Origin: Chloroflexota bacterium
GTDB lineage: Bacteria > Chloroflexota > Dehalococcoidia > Bin125
Reading direction: 5' to 3'
NCBI GenBank assembly: GCA_009838915.1
Contig: VXQT01000032.1
Coordinates: forward strand, 11,016 to 75,015
Length of the DNA stretch: 64,000 nt
Of this stretch, positions 7,753-17,617 are shown piece after piece. The notes beneath the pieces are model-generated. The model worked only from the letters and a program-made list of their open reading frames with translations. It had not been told where the DNA came from and did not search any database. How positions within the stretch are numbered: the stretch's first letter is position 1; each line of letters opens with the position of its first letter. The position numbers and the translations under genes are program-made.

Positions 7753-10700
7753 ATGTCCCTCACGATTGAGCTGCTTCCGGACCCTGCCGCCAACGACCTG
7801 CGGCTGACCCAGCTCGCCGCCGACCGCTCGACTCCACTCGAGCGGCTCAACGTCCTCTACGGCTCCGGCCTGCAGCGGCTCGTTGCTCAGCGCATGTTGA
7901 CCGAGGCCGCCGGCGGCGGTCTCGCCGCCGTCTACGGCTTCACGCCCGTGGACCTGGCCGAAGCCGCCGCGCGTCTGGGCCGTCCGCCCGAGCGTCTCGC
8001 CTGGCCGCCGGGAGCCGACCTCGTGGCGCTCCGGCGCATGCTCGACTCACTCGATCTCGATCGCTTTGACGCGCACGCGCCTGGTCTCGCCCCGGCGCTG
8101 CTGCGCACGCTCACTGACCTGCGCGAGGCGGCGCTCTCGCCGGACGATTTGCCGGATGGCGACATCCGAACCGTCTTCGGCGCGTGGCGAGACATTGTGG
8201 CGACCGTCGAGGATCGCAGCTCGCGCTACGAAGACGCGATCAGCCAGACGACTCCCGATGCCGCCTACCGTGAGGCGCTCGGCGGCGCGCCGCTCATCGT
8301 CTCGGGCATCTACGACCTCACCCGCGTCCAGCGCCTGCTGCTCGCCCGCATATCGGAAGCGGTCGAAGTCCACATGCTGTTAGTCGCGCCGGACGACGAT
8401 CCCCGCTCGCCGCCGCTCAGGACGCTGGACGCGTTGCGCCGCGAGACCGCAGCCCGGGTGATCCGCTCCCCGATCCCAACGTCGTCCCGAGCGCCCGAGC
8501 GCTACTTCAGCAGCGGCGATCCGACCGCCGAAGCCGACGAGATCGCCTCGCGCATCCTCGGACTCGGACGCGATGGGATCGCGTTCCACCGGGTCGCGAT
8601 CCTGCACCAACAGGGCGCGCCCGGCGACGAGCGGCTCGCAGCTTCGCTGGCCCGCGCCGACATTCCGGTTTGGCGTGTCGGCGGACGGCAGATCGCCGCG
8701 ACGCCGCCTGGACACGCCTCGCTGGTGCTCTGCCGGCTGTTGTTGGCGCCGACAAGCGTCGAGCGTTCCGCTCTAATCGACTGGCTGTCGCACCGCTCGC
8801 TGCGTGATCGTCCGCTGGACATCACCCGACGGCCGGGCGTGTGGGACCGCATCGCCGTCGAGGCCGGACTCAGTCACGGCCTGCACACAATGCGGAACAG
8901 TCTGGAAGACCACTTTGAAGTCTCGCGCGATGAAGGCGGTCGCGATCTCCTCCAGATCATCACCGACCTGGGCGAGCGCAGCCGCGCGCTCGAAGCCGCC
9001 GAGTCCTGGGGCCATGCGGCTGACATCCTGATTGACGCCCTGCACGACTACATCGAGGAGCGTCCCGACCTCGTGGTGTTGCTTGATGCCGTCCGTTCGA
9101 CGATCAACCAGCTCGCGGGCAACGACGCCTTCGGCGCCGCCTGGACGATGCAAGACGGTTTCACGGCCATCGGGCGGGCGCTCGAGTCGCAGGTGGTCCG
9201 CGATCCCCGGCGATTGGTCGGCGGCGTCAACATCGGGGCTGCGACTGGTCCCGTGCGCGGCATCCGTTACGACGCGATCTTCGCGGCCGGCGTCGCCGAG
9301 CGCGTGCTTCCCGCCGCCGGCCGCCAGGATCCGCTGCTGGGCGACGACCAGCGCGCCGCAATCAATGCCCGCATCCCCGCTGCGCTCGCCCTGCAACGCG
9401 AGCGAGGCGACAGCGATCGGCACGCCTGGGCGCTGATGCGCCGCGCCGCCGTGCGGCAGTTCACGCCGAGCTGGAGCCGACGCAGCAGCGCAGTCGGCGG
9501 GCCGGCCAGGGCCTCGGCGCTGATCCTCGAGGCCGCCTCCGACTCGTTGCCCGCGGAGCTGCGCTACTCCGAGCAGGCATTGAGCGACGCCGGCCGCATC
9601 GAGCGCATCGCCTCTCCCGGAGTTGCCGACGCCGAACACCGCGCCGCCCCGGCCGACGCGGTCGACAGTTCCGCCTTCAACCTCGCCCTGCTCCAGCTTC
9701 CCTATACCGATACCCGCGCGCTGCTCCCCGAACTCTGGCCGCAGGCCGACGCGTCGTTGCACGCCCGTGCGCGGCGCAGCGCTCGGGACTTCACCGAGTT
9801 CGACGGACGACTCGATCCCGAACTCATCGAGGAATGGCGGCCGCTCGAGCAGTCATGGACACCGGCGGCGCTGGAGACCTTTGTCACTTGCCCGTACCGC
9901 TTCTACCTGCGTTACGTGATCGGCGCACGGGGCGAACCTGCGCCGCAGCGAGTCGACCGCCGGGCACGATGGGTGTTCGATCGATTGGTCCATCGCATCC
10001 TCTCGAGCTGGGTGCGCGAGTACGAGCACTTCAAGACCGACCGCACCTGGTTCGAGTACGCCGATAGTGCCAGCTATCTCAACGCCGTTGCCCGCCGCAT
10101 CCTCGACTCCGACGCAGGCGCAGCCGCGCTCGGCCCGCCGGCCGGTGCGGCGGCGGCCCGCAATGAGGTCATGCGAATCCTGGAGCGTGCCCGACGACGC
10201 GAGGCGGCCAACGCTCGCGATGGCTGGCGGCCGCTTGCAGTCCATGTCTCCTACGACGGCGCGCAGGTCCGCGTGCAGGGCGGCCGCGCACTGAGGTTCC
10301 GCGGCATGATCGACCGCATTGATATCCACGTCGGAGGCAGGCATCGCGCGCTCAGCCTGTTCACGGAGCCCGATCCGCCCGACGTGCGCGGCTTCGTCAA
10401 CGGCTCGTCCTTTCTCTCGGTCGCTCACCTTTGCGCGCTCAACCAACGGGGAGTCGCGATACGAGACGCCGAAGTGGAACACCGAGCGATCGACGCCGAC
10501 GGCGCTGTCTCCTCGCAGGTGCTTGCCGGTGAGTCGCTCGCGACGCGCGGTGGAAGCGCGGCGCCAAGCGACGGCGAGCGACTGCGCCGCACGCTTGCGG
10601 TCGTCGCCGATCAGCTCGAGGCCGCAAACTTCATCCCCAATCCCGGCGCGCCGCCGCAGAATCGGCCCAATTGCGCCCGCTGTACGTTCGAGTCCACCTG

Positions 10701-10794
10701 CACACCCGACCTGGGCCGGCGCTACCAGTTCAAGGCCCGGCACGACCCTGAGCGCGTCCGCGACCTGGAATCCCTGAGGCGGCTGCGCATATGA
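7753..10794 (+). CDS. addB: AddB-type helicase-nuclease subunit (PD-(D/E)XK nuclease with Fe-S cysteine cluster, no Walker A seen)
   Basis: 1013 aa. C-terminal nuclease region (GMIDRIDI) is flanked by one Cys (VTCPYRF) and CARCTFESTC (CxxCxxxxxC), as in AddB. ATGA overlap with the downstream UvrD-like gene. Confidence 0.65.
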   Translation: MSLTIELLPDPAANDLRLTQLAADRSTPLERLNVLYGSGLQRLVAQRMLTEAAGGGLAAVYGFTPVDLAEAAARLGRPPERLAWPPGADLVALRRMLDSLDLDRFDAHAPGLAPALLRTLTDLREAALSPDDLPDGDIRTVFGAWRDIVATVEDRSSRYEDAISQTTPDAAYREALGGAPLIVSGIYDLTRVQRLLLARISEAVEVHMLLVAPDDDPRSPPLRTLDALRRETAARVIRSPIPTSSRAPERYFSSGDPTAEADEIASRILGLGRDGIAFHRVAILHQQGAPGDERLAASLARADIPVWRVGGRQIAATPPGHASLVLCRLLLAPTSVERSALIDWLSHRSLRDRPLDITRRPGVWDRIAVEAGLSHGLHTMRNSLEDHFEVSRDEGGRDLLQIITDLGERSRALEAAESWGHAADILIDALHDYIEERPDLVVLLDAVRSTINQLAGNDAFGAAWTMQDGFTAIGRALESQVVRDPRRLVGGVNIGAATGPVRGIRYDAIFAAGVAERVLPAAGRQDPLLGDDQRAAINARIPAALALQRERGDSDRHAWALMRRAAVRQFTPSWSRRSSAVGGPARASALILEAASDSLPAELRYSEQALSDAGRIERIASPGVADAEHRAAPADAVDSSAFNLALLQLPYTDTRALLPELWPQADASLHARARRSARDFTEFDGRLDPELIEEWRPLEQSWTPAALETFVTCPYRFYLRYVIGARGEPAPQRVDRRARWVFDRLVHRILSSWVREYEHFKTDRTWFEYADSASYLNAVARRILDSDAGAAALGPPAGAAAARNEVMRILERARRREAANARDGWRPLAVHVSYDGAQVRVQGGRALRFRGMIDRIDIHVGGRHRALSLFTEPDPPDVRGFVNGSSFLSVAHLCALNQRGVAIRDAEVEHRAIDADGAVSSQVLAGESLATRGGSAAPSDGERLRRTLAVVADQLEAANFIPNPGAPPQNRPNCARCTFESTCTPDLGRRYQFKARHDPERVRDLESLRRLRI

Positions 10795-13700
10795 CGAACC
10801 CGGAGTTGCCCGCCGATCAAGAGGTCCGCGAGCGGATTATCAACGAGCTGGACACCTCGTTCTTCCTCGAAGCCGGGGCAGGCTCGGGCAAGACCTCCGT
10901 CATCGTTTCAAGGGTCGTCAACCTCGTGCGCAGCGGGGTCGCTCCGTCCGAGATCGTCGCCATCACCTTCACCGAGAAGGCTGCCGGAGAGCTGCGCGAC
11001 CGTATCCGCGCCGAGCTGGCCGCGGTTGGGGAACTGGCCGCCCTGCGCGATCTCGACCTCGCCCCGTTCCAGACGATTCACGCCTTCGCCGCAGCCATCC
11101 TTCGCGAGTGCGCGCTCGAGGCCGGACTCGATCCCGACGTTCGCGTTCTCGACCAACTCCAGGAAGACCTCCGCTTTGCCCAGGCGTGGCGCTCCTGGTT
11201 GTGGAGCAGCGACGCTCCGCGGGATGACTTGCAACGCGCACTCGACCTGGGACTCTCACTCGACGACCTTCAACTGGCCGCGCAGCAGCTCTCGCGGAAT
11301 CGAGACCTGGACGGAGGCGAACTTGCGCTCGCCTCCGACGAAGAGGCGCCGGAGGACCAGCGCGCCCGAGACTCGGCCCTCGCTGAACTCACTGCCGCCG
11401 TTCGCGGGTTCATCTCCGCCGATGCCGCGCAACGCCGACGCGACGGCGCGCTCTCCTACGACGACCTGTTGCTCGATGCTCGGGATCTGCTGGTTCGGTC
11501 GACCGAAGCGCGGGATGAACTGCGCCGCCGCTATCGGACCATCCTGGTCGACGAGTTCCAGGACACCGACCCGCTCCAGGCGCAGATCGCGCTGCTGCTC
11601 GCCGCCGATCCCGACACCGAGGACTGGACCACCGCAGTGCCGGGTCCCGGTCGACTTGTGCTCGCCGGCGACCCGAAGCAGTCGATCTACCGCTTCCGCC
11701 GCGCCGACATCGACGTTTATGAGCAGGTCCGCGAGATCTTCGAGTCCTCACCGCAGACCTGCGCCATCGCCGGGCTCTCGGTCAGCTTCCGCTCCAGGCC
11801 CAGGTTGTGCGCGTGGCAGAATCGGATCCTGCCCGCCGTCCTCAAGCCGGACGCCGACTTCCCTCGCGCCCAGGCGCGATGGTCCGCCTCCACGCCCCAC
11901 CGAAGCGATCGCGGTATCGGCGTCGCGGTCATCCCCGGCAACCGTCAGTTCGACCGTGCCCCCGACGCTCGCGCCGCCGAGTCGGGGATGATTGCCAGCC
12001 TGATCACGCACATGCACGGCGCGGCTTCGGGCCTCGGTCAGCTTCCGTCTGAGGACACTGAACGCGCGCCCCAATTCCGCGACATCGCCATCCTGTTCCG
12101 CACCCGTGCCGGAGCGGACATCTACACCGCCGCGCTCGACGGGGCCGGCATCCCCTACCACTTCGACAGCGGACAGGGCTTCTACCAGAGACCGGAGATC
12201 CGCGCCGTCGCCCACCTGCTGCAGGCGCTCGACGATCCGCAGGACGAGGTCGCCGCCATCGCCGTGCTCAAATCGCCCCTGATCGCGGCGTCCGACCAGG
12301 AGTTGTTCGACTTGCGAGGAGCGCTCGGCGCGGCGCCGCTGCTGCTGCAACCAGCTGCGTTGCCCGAAGATTATGAGGGCCGCCTGCGGGCGCCGATCAG
12401 ACAACTGGCCGCGTTGCGCGAGGAGTTGCCGCGCTTCCCCTTGCCCGAGCTCGTCGATCACGTCATCCGAAGCTCCGACCTGCTCGTTGCGCAGGCCGTC
12501 GGCGTCGACCCGCCGCAGATGCGGCAGCGCCAGGCCAACTTGCGGATGCTCGTCCAGCGTGCGGCGCACTTCGCCGACAACCACGACGACGCGATGCGTC
12601 CCTTCGTCCGCTGGCTCAGCCAGCGAGGCGTGCGCAATCTGCCCGAGTCCGAGTCGCCGACCACCGAAGCGGACGACGATGCGGTACGCATCCTCACCAT
12701 CCACCAGGCCAAGGGTCTTGAATTCCCCATCGTCATCCTGCCCAAGTTGCAGGACTGGACCGGCGCGGGCGTGGACTTCATCGTCGATCGCGCCAACGAG
12801 CGGGTCGAGTTCAAGCTCGGCGACGATCGCTCGCCGTTCCGCAGCGCCGGCTATCTCGCCGCCTTGCGCCGAGACCGCGCCTACGCCGATGCCGAAGCGC
12901 GGCGCATGCTCTACGTGGCTGCGACCCGCGCCCGCGACTGGCTCATCCTGTCATCGTTCCCTGCCGACAGCCTCGCCGGACGCGACTCGTTCCACACGTT
13001 CCTCGAAGATGCCGCGCCGCACTGGCTAAGTCGCGACGCCGACTCCGATGTAATCGTCGTCTCGCCGCGCGCACTCGACGCGCCGTCTCCCCCGTCGGTC
13101 GAGCGTTCGCTGCCGCCGCACGACTCACTGCTCGAAGAATGGACGCAGCGCCGCGAAGATGCGTTCACCGGCGGCCGAAGGCGGATCGAGACCACGACGC
13201 CATCGAGCATCGGCGATCATGCGTCCCCGGAGCACGAAGACATCAAATCTGAGCGTGCAGAGCAGGATCGGGATCAAACCTCAGTTGACCCGCTCGAATT
13301 CGGCAGCGCGGTCCACGACGCGCTGGAAGCCGCCGATTTCGACGACCCGGCCATCACCCGCGAGCGGACAATCCGTATCTGCCGGTCGCGTCGCGCTCCC
13401 GAGGAACAGGTGCTCGCGCATGTTGAGCGAGCGATGGAATCACCGCTGCTTCAGCGAGCGCGCGCGGCGCAAGTCGTACGCCGCGAACTGCCCTTGGCAG
13501 CGATCGCACAGGACGATGAGCAGACCACGATCACCGAGGGCATCGCCGACCTCGTCTTCAGCGACGCCGGCCGCTGGGTGCTCGTCGACTACAAGTCCGA
13601 CGCGCAGCTGCCGCCGGATCGACTTGCGGCCTATCGTGCGCAAGTGCGGCGCTATGCCACAATGCTCGAGGCCGCTGGCATCGTCATTGACGAGGCGTAT

Positions 13701-13802
13701 CTCCTCCTGACCGCGACGGGCGAAGCCGTACCGGTCCCGGTAGCGCCCGACGCTGACTCCGGCGACGCACTGCCGATATCGTCTGAGCCGACCGCCGATT
13801 GA
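10791..13802 (+). CDS. addA: AddA-type UvrD/Rep-family helicase with C-terminal RecB-like nuclease
   Basis: Walker A GAGSGKTS, VDEFQDTDP, LTIHQAKGLEFP, YVAATRAR, and the C-terminal nuclease motif DLVF...VLVDYKSD. Confidence 0.75.
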   Translation: MTNPELPADQEVRERIINELDTSFFLEAGAGSGKTSVIVSRVVNLVRSGVAPSEIVAITFTEKAAGELRDRIRAELAAVGELAALRDLDLAPFQTIHAFAAAILRECALEAGLDPDVRVLDQLQEDLRFAQAWRSWLWSSDAPRDDLQRALDLGLSLDDLQLAAQQLSRNRDLDGGELALASDEEAPEDQRARDSALAELTAAVRGFISADAAQRRRDGALSYDDLLLDARDLLVRSTEARDELRRRYRTILVDEFQDTDPLQAQIALLLAADPDTEDWTTAVPGPGRLVLAGDPKQSIYRFRRADIDVYEQVREIFESSPQTCAIAGLSVSFRSRPRLCAWQNRILPAVLKPDADFPRAQARWSASTPHRSDRGIGVAVIPGNRQFDRAPDARAAESGMIASLITHMHGAASGLGQLPSEDTERAPQFRDIAILFRTRAGADIYTAALDGAGIPYHFDSGQGFYQRPEIRAVAHLLQALDDPQDEVAAIAVLKSPLIAASDQELFDLRGALGAAPLLLQPAALPEDYEGRLRAPIRQLAALREELPRFPLPELVDHVIRSSDLLVAQAVGVDPPQMRQRQANLRMLVQRAAHFADNHDDAMRPFVRWLSQRGVRNLPESESPTTEADDDAVRILTIHQAKGLEFPIVILPKLQDWTGAGVDFIVDRANERVEFKLGDDRSPFRSAGYLAALRRDRAYADAEARRMLYVAATRARDWLILSSFPADSLAGRDSFHTFLEDAAPHWLSRDADSDVIVVSPRALDAPSPPSVERSLPPHDSLLEEWTQRREDAFTGGRRRIETTTPSSIGDHASPEHEDIKSERAEQDRDQTSVDPLEFGSAVHDALEAADFDDPAITRERTIRICRSRRAPEEQVLAHVERAMESPLLQRARAAQVVRRELPLAAIAQDDEQTTITEGIADLVFSDAGRWVLVDYKSDAQLPPDRLAAYRAQVRRYATMLEAAGIVIDEAYLLLTATGEAVPVPVAPDADSGDALPISSEPTAD

Positions 13803-13828
13803 CTTCCGCCCCACCAGAGGAGCCGCCC

Positions 13829-15391
13829 ATGGCCGACAATCCGCCCACGCCCCAGCAGATTCGCGAGGACCTCTCCCTGCGCAGACAGAAGGTCGTCTCG
13901 GAGATGGGCTCGCCCGAGCGCATCGAGCGCCAACACGCCCGCGGCCGCCTGACGATCCGCGAGCGGCTCGACCGGCTCTTCGATCCGGGCAGCTTCCGCG
14001 AGATCGGCACCTTCGCCGTCTCCGAGGTACCCGACGTGCGCGACCGCACCCCCGGCGACGGCAAGATTGGCGGCTGGGGCACGATCGACGGCCGCGCCGC
14101 CACCGCCTGCGGCGACGACGTGACGGTGCTGCACGGGTCGTCATCCGTCGTCGGCGGACGGCGAATGAAGCGCATCTATGAGCAGTCGCTCCAGCAAGGC
14201 GTGCCCTTCGTCTACTTCGGCGAGACCGGCGGCGCGCGCCTGCCGGATTCGCTGGGTTCCGAGGGCTTTAGCAAGATCGCCGCGTCGGTCGAGATGGGCC
14301 GCCGACGCCGACGCATTCCACTCGCGACCGCAATCGTCGGCGAGTCCTTCGGCGGCTCCAGCTTCCACAGCGCGTACTCCGACTTCACCGTTCAGGTGCG
14401 CGGCGCGGCGCTCAACGTCTCCTCGCCGCGGGTGATTGAGATCGCCACCGGCGAGCGCATCTCACTCCAGGACCTCGGCGGCGTCGATATCCACCTCGAC
14501 ATCACCGGCCAGATCGACCGTGCAGCCGAGGACGAGGACGACGCCATTGCGCAGATCAAGCGCTTCCTCTCCTACTTGCCCTCCAACTGCCGAGAACTGC
14601 CGCCCGTCCTTGACGGCTACGACCATGCCGAGCCGGATCCGGGATTGGCCGACCTCGTACCTACGCGCCGACAGCGCGCCTATGACATGCACCGCGTGAT
14701 CGCGCGGATTGTCGACAATGGCGAAGTGCTGGACCTGAAGCCGCGCTTCGGACGTTCGTTGATCACGACGCTGGCTCGCATCGGCGGTCAGTCGGTGGGC
14801 ATCCTCGCCTCCAATCCGATGTTCAACGCCGGCGCGCTTGATCCCAACACCTGCGACAAGGGCACACAGTTTCTGTGCATGTGCGAGGCGTTCAACATCC
14901 CCACGATCTGGTTGCAAGACGTTCCGGGCTTCATCGTCGGCTCGCAGCCCGAGCACGCGCGCCTGCTGCACAAGGCGATCATGTTCCTCGAAGCGCTCTC
15001 CCTGCTCACGGTGCCGCGCTTCACGATCGTCATGCGCAAGGCCTTCGGGTTGGCCTACTTCTCGCTCAACGGCGGCAACGACAACAACATGCTCTCAACC
15101 GCCTGGCCGGGCGCGGAGATCTCGTTCATGGACCCCGGCGTCGGCGTCAACGTTGTCCACGCGCGCGACATCGCCGAGGCCGCCGACTCCAATGCCGAAC
15201 GCCAACGGCTAGTCGACGAGTGGACGCTCGGCCACGAACCCTGGGGCGCGGCGGGCATCATGAATCTGGACGAGATCATTGACCCCGCCGACACACGCCG
15301 CTGGCTGCTCGAAGCCGTCCAGCGCTTCCCCGTCACTCCGCCCCGACGAGGCGAGACCAAAGAGCTCGCCAGTTGGCCAACCTGCGTCTGA
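13829..15391 (+). CDS. Acyl-CoA carboxylase carboxyltransferase (beta) subunit
   Basis: The ERIERQHARGRLTIRERLDRLFDPGSF opening and double crotonase-like CT domains are typical of propionyl-/methylcrotonyl-CoA carboxylase beta chains. Start at ATG 13829, with 13799 as an alternative. Confidence 0.85.
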   Translation: MADNPPTPQQIREDLSLRRQKVVSEMGSPERIERQHARGRLTIRERLDRLFDPGSFREIGTFAVSEVPDVRDRTPGDGKIGGWGTIDGRAATACGDDVTVLHGSSSVVGGRRMKRIYEQSLQQGVPFVYFGETGGARLPDSLGSEGFSKIAASVEMGRRRRRIPLATAIVGESFGGSSFHSAYSDFTVQVRGAALNVSSPRVIEIATGERISLQDLGGVDIHLDITGQIDRAAEDEDDAIAQIKRFLSYLPSNCRELPPVLDGYDHAEPDPGLADLVPTRRQRAYDMHRVIARIVDNGEVLDLKPRFGRSLITTLARIGGQSVGILASNPMFNAGALDPNTCDKGTQFLCMCEAFNIPTIWLQDVPGFIVGSQPEHARLLHKAIMFLEALSLLTVPRFTIVMRKAFGLAYFSLNGGNDNNMLSTAWPGAEISFMDPGVGVNVVHARDIAEAADSNAERQRLVDEWTLGHEPWGAAGIMNLDEIIDPADTRRWLLEAVQRFPVTPPRRGETKELASWPTCV

Positions 15392-15410
15392 CTCTTCTCG
15401 GGACGAGCGC

Positions 15411-16148
15411 TTAGGTAGCCCGGCGCTCCCGCATCCGACGCGACATCGCCTCCGAGGGCTTGGCTTGCTTGTGGCCGGTCTCCAGCTTGTTGCGCACTTC
15501 GCGCAGGATTCGCGGCGCAAGCCGATCCTCGTGCAGCAAGATGAACTCGATCACCGCATCCGGGTCGCGGATGCCCAGCTCCCTCAGCGCCCAACTCAAC
15601 GCCTTGACGTGCAAGTCGGCCCGATCGTCCACGAACAACTCACAGATCGCCAGCGTCCGCGCGGCGTCGCCTTTGCCCAGGTGACGCTCGTTCAAGGCGA
15701 TCGTCGATACCAGTCCCGTCCGACGCCACCAGAAGTCCGACGATGTCGCCCACTTCATGACCCGTGCATCGGTGATCTGGCCCCGCTGCCAGGCAGGGCC
15801 GCTGAGCTTGCGCGCAAAGTGATCGACCGACGCCCAGCCGTCCATCGTCCGACCCAGGCGCTCGAGCTCCCGCCAGTTAAGCAGTGCGAACGCCCCCTGG
15901 TGCATCCAGGCCAGGTCGAACGCGACCATCCGCGACTCGTATGCCGATCCGTGCTCGACTCTGCGCACTCGGCCGCTGCCGCCGTGCTCCACCAGGAAGT
16001 TGCACAGCTCGAGGACATCCTCGCCCCGAGCAGACTTCAACTCCTTCGCCTCCCGCCGCGCGATCTTGCGCAACTCCGGAGTCATCAGCACCTTGGGTGA
16101 ATCGAGGATCTCGCGCAGCAGCGCTTCGCTTCGTTCAGACTCCTGCAT
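15411..16148 (-). CDS. DNA alkylation repair protein (AlkD-like HEAT-repeat family)
   Basis: 245 aa with features of the DNA alkylation repair enzyme family: WASVDHFA, SDFWWRRTGLVSTI and VKALSWALRE. Confidence 0.65.
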   Translation of the reverse strand: MQESERSEALLREILDSPKVLMTPELRKIARREAKELKSARGEDVLELCNFLVEHGGSGRVRRVEHGSAYESRMVAFDLAWMHQGAFALLNWRELERLGRTMDGWASVDHFARKLSGPAWQRGQITDARVMKWATSSDFWWRRTGLVSTIALNERHLGKGDAARTLAICELFVDDRADLHVKALSWALRELGIRDPDAVIEFILLHEDRLAPRILREVRNKLETGHKQAKPSEAMSRRMRERRAT

Positions 16149-17616
16149 CGGCCGCGCTCCTTCCCGCGACTCGGCCGAAGACGCTGCCCGCCATCAGACC
16201 CGAACCGCCGGCGTAGTTGTTGTAGAACAACCCGCCGACCAGCTCCCCCGCCGCGTACAGCCCCGGCATCGGCCGATCCTCGGTATCCAGCACCTGTCCA
16301 CTGCGCGGCTCAATCTTCAAACCACCGAACGTGAACGTGATCCCGCAGGTCACCGCATAGCCCAGGTACGGCGGCGAATCGAAGGGCAGCGCCCAGTTCG
16401 ACTTCGGCGGCCGGACGCTGTCGTCGGTGCTCACACCGTCGAGCGTTGACGGGTTGAAATCCTCGATCCGATCCCACCGGATCGCGGCGTTGTATTCGTC
16501 GACCGTTTCGGTCAGGAGTTGCGGATCGATGCCCAGCGCCTCGGCGAGTTCCGGAACGCTGTCCGCCGTCGCCATCGTCGCCTGGCGCACGCGGTACTCG
16601 TCGCGCAGCAGGCCGACCGTACGCTGATCAAAGAGTTGGAACGCCACCCGTTGCGGCTGTTCCAGGATCTCGCGCCCGTACTTCGCATACGTGTAGTTGC
16701 GAATGTCTGCGCCCTCGTCGACGAAGCGCCGGCCGTCGATATTGACGATCAATCCATAGGGATACGAGTGCTTCTGGTAGAGGTCGGCAACAATCCGGTT
16801 ACCCGTCGGCGGCGCGTTGAGATCCCAGGCCACTGCGTGCGCGCCCGACCAATTGCCGAACGGCTGCGCGCCCACCTCAATCGCTGCCTGGATCGCGTCG
16901 CCAGTGTTGAACCTCGAGCCGCGAACCTTGGCCATATCCCAGCCGGGACCCAGATAGCGAGTCCGCATCTCGATGTTCGCCTCGAAGCCGCCCGCCGCGA
17001 GCACCACCGCGTCCGCTTCCAGTTGCTCCACCGAGTCCTCGGTCCACAACTCCACACCGCGAATTCGCCTGCCCTCCGTGAGCAGGCCCACCACTTTGCT
17101 GTCGTAGCGCACCGTGCAGCCTGTGCGCTTCGCCGCTTCGAACTCCTGGTCCGAAAGGCCTTTGCCCGCGCCCACGGCCTCAACCGTCAGACCGCCGTAG
17201 AAGACCAGTTTGCCGCCGACCTCGTTCGCCTGCCGACCGGTCATCAGCGTGAACTTGACGCCCCGGCCGTGCAGCCACTCCATCGTCGGCGCGGCCTCGC
17301 GCACCAGAGTCGAGGCCATACCATCGTCGATCAGTCCGTCGGTTACCCGCGCCAGGTCGTCGCGGAACATCGCCGTCGTGTAGGAGCCAACGTCCACCCG
17401 CTCAATCTCCGCCTCGCTCAGGTCCGGAATGATGCGCAGGATGTCGGACATCCCCTCGTACGGGAAGCGGAACCCGCCGCCGGTGAAGTAGGTGTTGCCG
17501 CCGCGCTCGCCCTCGGGCGCCTTCTCCAGCACGGTCACCTCCGCGCCGTGCTCCCGTGCGGACAGGGCAGCGCAGAGCGCCGCATTCCCCGCACCCACCA
17601 CGATCACATGCGTCAC
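16135..17616 (-). CDS. FAD-binding dehydrogenase, TcuA (tricarballylate dehydrogenase)/fumarate-reductase flavoprotein-like
   Basis: HVIVVGAGNAALCAALSAREHGAEVTVLEKAP...GGNTYFTGGGFRF N-terminus, and C-terminal GLYAAGELVGG. Confidence 0.65.
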   Translation of the reverse strand: MTHVIVVGAGNAALCAALSAREHGAEVTVLEKAPEGERGGNTYFTGGGFRFPYEGMSDILRIIPDLSEAEIERVDVGSYTTAMFRDDLARVTDGLIDDGMASTLVREAAPTMEWLHGRGVKFTLMTGRQANEVGGKLVFYGGLTVEAVGAGKGLSDQEFEAAKRTGCTVRYDSKVVGLLTEGRRIRGVELWTEDSVEQLEADAVVLAAGGFEANIEMRTRYLGPGWDMAKVRGSRFNTGDAIQAAIEVGAQPFGNWSGAHAVAWDLNAPPTGNRIVADLYQKHSYPYGLIVNIDGRRFVDEGADIRNYTYAKYGREILEQPQRVAFQLFDQRTVGLLRDEYRVRQATMATADSVPELAEALGIDPQLLTETVDEYNAAIRWDRIEDFNPSTLDGVSTDDSVRPPKSNWALPFDSPPYLGYAVTCGITFTFGGLKIEPRSGQVLDTEDRPMPGLYAAGELVGGLFYNNYAGGSGLMAGSVFGRVAGRSAADAGV

Positions 17617-17617
17617 G

